The position numbers and the translations under genes are program-made. Source: Candidatus Latescibacterota bacterium (lineage in GTDB: Bacteria; Krumholzibacteriota; Krumholzibacteriia; WVZY01). Taken from it: a DNA stretch of 64,000 nucleotides. Of this stretch, positions 61,328 through 64,000 are shown one piece after another. The stretch lies in the NCBI GenBank assembly GCA_963791045.1, contig CAWBQK010000009.1:64001-128000 (forward strand), in the 5' to 3' direction. The first letter of the stretch is position 1. Each line of letters begins with the position of its first letter. The notes beneath the pieces were generated by a model. That model worked only from the letters and a program-made list of their open reading frames with translations, made no database searches and was not told the origin of the DNA.

Positions 61328-62752
61328 ATGCAGCGTCCTATCAAAAATAGCGACCACCTGGGTCAAAGTGGGACGTCGTCCGCGATCGAACTCGACGACG
61401 GCGCCCGTGTTGCCATAATGGGCGGCGGCCCAGCCGGCTCGTTCTTTGGATACTTCTTTCTCGATATGGCCGAGCGGATGGGTCTCGATGTCGCCGTCGA
61501 CCAGTTCGAACCCAGGGATTTCTCCGGCCTGGGACCGGCCTCGTGCAATATGTGCGGGGGAATCATCTCTGAAACGCTCGTCCAGAATCTCGCCGCCGAA
61601 GGAATCAACCTGCCGTCCACAGTGATCCAACGTGGAATCGACTCGTACGTTCTCCACACGCACGAAGGCAGTGTGCGAATCGACACGCCCCTCCACGAAA
61701 AACGGATCGGAGCGGTCTACCGGGCGGCGGGGCCGCGCGTTCTCAAGGAAAAAAACTGGGACAGTTTCGACGGCTACCTCCAGGGTCTCGCGGCGAAAAA
61801 AGGCGTGCGCATCCGTCCCGAAAAGATTACCGGCATCTCCTGGGAAGATGACAAACCCCATATCAAAACCCGCGACGGTGATTTCGAACCATACGATCTT
61901 CTTGTCGTATCCGTCGGCATCAACTCGACGACACTCAAACTTTTTGCCGACCTCCCGATCGAGTACGAGCCTCCCAAATCGACAAAGACGTTTATTCGCG
62001 AGTACTATTTTGGGCCGGAGGTGATGGCCAAATACCTCGGCAGCTCGATGCACGTTTTTCTCCTCGACATACCCAGGCTCGAGTTTGCCGCGATAATCCC
62101 CAAGGGGGAATGCGCCTCGATATGCATGCTCGGCGAGGACATAGACAAAGCCATGTTGAATAGTTTTCTCGAGTCGCCCGAGGTCCGGCGCTGCATGCCG
62201 CCCGACTGGAAACCCGAAGACAACGCGTGCCAGTGCTCGCCTAAGATCAGCACCAGCGGCGCCGTCAAGCCCTACGGCGACCGAATCGTCTTCATCGGCG
62301 ATTCGGGCGTCACCCGTCTCTACAAAGATGGGATCGGCGCGGCTTACCGGACGGCAAAGGCGGCCGCGTCGACGGCCGTGTTTCAAGGGGTGGCGGAAAA
62401 GGATTTCCAGAAACATTTCTGGCCGGTCTGCAAATCGATAGAGTCGGATAACGCGCTGGGGAGAATCGTTTTTTTCGTGACACGGATCATCCAGAAACAG
62501 AGGATCGCGAGGGATGGTCTCCTGAGAATGGTCGGCGCGGAACAGAACAAGGCGGGTCATCAGCGTCGCATGAGCACCGTCCTGTGGGATATGTTTACGG
62601 GAAGCGCAACCTACAGGGAAGTTTTCAAACGGACCCTTCACCCGGCGTTTCTCGGACGCCTGGGCCTGGACATCGCCCGATCGACCGTGTCCGCGGTGAC
62701 GGGTCGCGGCGGGCCGGAGACGCAACGGACATCCGGGAAGGAGAAAGAGTGA
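61328..62752 (+). CDS. FAD-dependent oxidoreductase (geranylgeranyl-reductase/FixC-like), uncharacterised
   Basis: VAIMGGGPAG Rossmann motif, CNMCGG, VFIGDSG..RLYKDGIG. Confidence 0.8.
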   Translation: MQRPIKNSDHLGQSGTSSAIELDDGARVAIMGGGPAGSFFGYFFLDMAERMGLDVAVDQFEPRDFSGLGPASCNMCGGIISETLVQNLAAEGINLPSTVIQRGIDSYVLHTHEGSVRIDTPLHEKRIGAVYRAAGPRVLKEKNWDSFDGYLQGLAAKKGVRIRPEKITGISWEDDKPHIKTRDGDFEPYDLLVVSVGINSTTLKLFADLPIEYEPPKSTKTFIREYYFGPEVMAKYLGSSMHVFLLDIPRLEFAAIIPKGECASICMLGEDIDKAMLNSFLESPEVRRCMPPDWKPEDNACQCSPKISTSGAVKPYGDRIVFIGDSGVTRLYKDGIGAAYRTAKAAASTAVFQGVAEKDFQKHFWPVCKSIESDNALGRIVFFVTRIIQKQRIARDGLLRMVGAEQNKAGHQRRMSTVLWDMFTGSATYREVFKRTLHPAFLGRLGLDIARSTVSAVTGRGGPETQRTSGKEKE

Positions 62753-63120
62753 AATCAGGCGAGCTGGGAAAGACGTTCGAAAAGGGCGAGCGGATCATCA
62801 ACGAAGGCGCCAGGGGAGATTGCATGTATGTGATCCAGGAGGGTGAGGTCGAAATATTCGTCGAGAGAAACGGGGAGGATGTTCGGCTTGCCGTCAGGGG
62901 CGAAGGCGAATTTTTTGGCGAGATGGCCGTTTTCGAACGAGAGGATCGTTCGGCCAGTGTCCGCGCGCTGGGGCATGTCCGCGTGTTGACACTGGACAAG
63001 AAAAACTTTCTCAAACGTATCCAGGAAGATCCTTCGCTCGCCTTCCGCATCGTCCAGACAATGTCGAGCCGCATCCGCGAGTTGAGTGTTGAAGTTGCCC
63101 GTCTAAAAGGCAAGGGCTGA
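62749..63120 (+). CDS. Stand-alone cyclic-nucleotide-binding protein
   Basis: GTG overlapping the upstream stop; EGARGDCMYVIQEGEV and FFGEMA...RSASV phosphate-binding cassette. Confidence 0.9.
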   Translation: MKSGELGKTFEKGERIINEGARGDCMYVIQEGEVEIFVERNGEDVRLAVRGEGEFFGEMAVFEREDRSASVRALGHVRVLTLDKKNFLKRIQEDPSLAFRIVQTMSSRIRELSVEVARLKGKG

Positions 63121-63124
63121 CACG

Positions 63125-64000
63125 ATGATCTGCCCGGTTTGCAAAACCGACAACCCCGGCCACGCTAAGTATTGCCTGTCATGCGGCAAAAATCTCAACT
63201 CGCCTCCCGCGACCCTCTGCAAGAGATGCGGCGAATCGCTTCCCGAGCGCGCAAATTTCTGCTTTGCCTGCGGGCTCCCCCTGTCCGGAACCCCCGGCCA
63301 GGAAAAGATGGACAGCGCGTTCTTGAGAGCCACCGCGACACTCGAGCGACTGATGCCGGCCCAGTACATCAAGCAACTCCTCGCCACAAGCGGGCGCGCC
63401 GTGGGAGAACGACGGGTCGTAACGATTCTCTTTTTCGACATGGAAGGATCCACGACGATGGCCGAGGTCCTCGATCCCGAGGACGTGATGAACATCATGA
63501 ACGCGGCCTTCAAGGCGTTGATCGAACCGGTATTCCGGTACGAGGGAACCCTGGCGCGATTAATGGGCGACGCCATCCTCGCCTTCTTTGGCGCGCCGGT
63601 GGCGCACGAAGACGACCCGGTCCGGGCATGCCGGGCGGCTATCGAGATCATCGACGCCGCGCGGGACTATGCGGACCAGCTCGAACGTGAACGCGGAATC
63701 CGGGGATTCAATGTCCGTGTTGGAATCCACACGGGCCTGGTTGTGGTGGGTGAAGTGGGAACCGACTTTCGAGTCGAATACACGGCGATGGGGGACGCCG
63801 TCAATCTCGCCGCGCGGATGGAGAGCTCCGCCGAACCGGGGACCGTGCTCCTCACCGATGAAACCTTCAAACTCATCGAACCCGTTTTTGACACGGTTGA
63901 TCTCGGTTACATAGACGTCAAAGGCAAGGCCAACCCCGTCCACGTCCATCGCCTGCTCGATCTCAAACCCGAGCCCGCGCCGATTCGCGATATAGCCGGA
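63125..64000 (+). CDS. Double zinc ribbon + class III adenylate/guanylate cyclase (3'-truncated; absent from ORF track)
   Basis: Hand translation: MICPVC..YCLSC..CKRC..FCFAC, GERRVVTILFFDMEGST, RLMGDAILAFFGAP, RVGIHTG, YTAMGDAVNLAARME, VKGK. Confidence 0.9.
   Translation, partial: MICPVCKTDNPGHAKYCLSCGKNLNSPPATLCKRCGESLPERANFCFACGLPLSGTPGQEKMDSAFLRATATLERLMPAQYIKQLLATSGRAVGERRVVTILFFDMEGSTTMAEVLDPEDVMNIMNAAFKALIEPVFRYEGTLARLMGDAILAFFGAPVAHEDDPVRACRAAIEIIDAARDYADQLERERGIRGFNVRVGIHTGLVVVGEVGTDFRVEYTAMGDAVNLAARMESSAEPGTVLLTDETFKLIEPVFDTVDLGYIDVKGKANPVHVHRLLDLKPEPAPIRDIAG

Noticed and set aside
61229-62725. Long antisense ORFs (e.g. 61229..62725, 47691..48593, 18656..19654, 28645..29610)
   Set aside because: Shadow or alternative frames of well-supported genes in GC-rich DNA, with no motifs.
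62749-64000. Pycsar/CBASS-type defence system
   Set aside because: The cNMP protein has no TM or TIR effector, and the cyclase has the common zinc-ribbon signalling architecture.
1-64000. tRNA, rRNA, prophage or integrase genes
   Set aside because: None recognised in any intergenic gap or ORF.

Overview
GC-rich, gene-dense 64-kb window from a diderm bacterium. Outer-membrane barrels, lipoproteins, MIGKTISHYKIL-type Ser/Thr kinase-TPR genes and a secreted protein ending in TWGxIKxLY suggest a Latescibacterota/Krumholzibacteria-like lineage (inference only). In order, the window holds: a NikR-linked nickel ECF uptake operon; a cluster of an Omp85/BamA-like barrel, DUF4390 protein and NtrY/NtrX-like two-component system with three recognisable sigma-54 promoters; two kinase-TolB-TPR genes; icmF; a ~29-kb envelope island with seven DUF4136 lipoprotein paralogs, several beta-barrels and tamAB; a DUF222-like/HNH nuclease gene with a structured non-coding leader and a second fragmentary copy 39 kb away; an ornithine carbamoyltransferase; a membrane receptor fusing a dCache amino-acid-type sensor to a Schlafen/AlbA_2 domain; an Fnr-like regulator with FNR boxes; and an FAD-oxidoreductase/cNMP-binding/class III cyclase operon that runs off the end. 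Several genes carry single-base +1 insertions that look like consensus errors. No rRNA, tRNA, CRISPR array or classical IS was seen. Top candidates for an undescribed system are the dCache-Schlafen receptor and the HNH element. All family assignments come from motif recognition by eye; no database searches were run.
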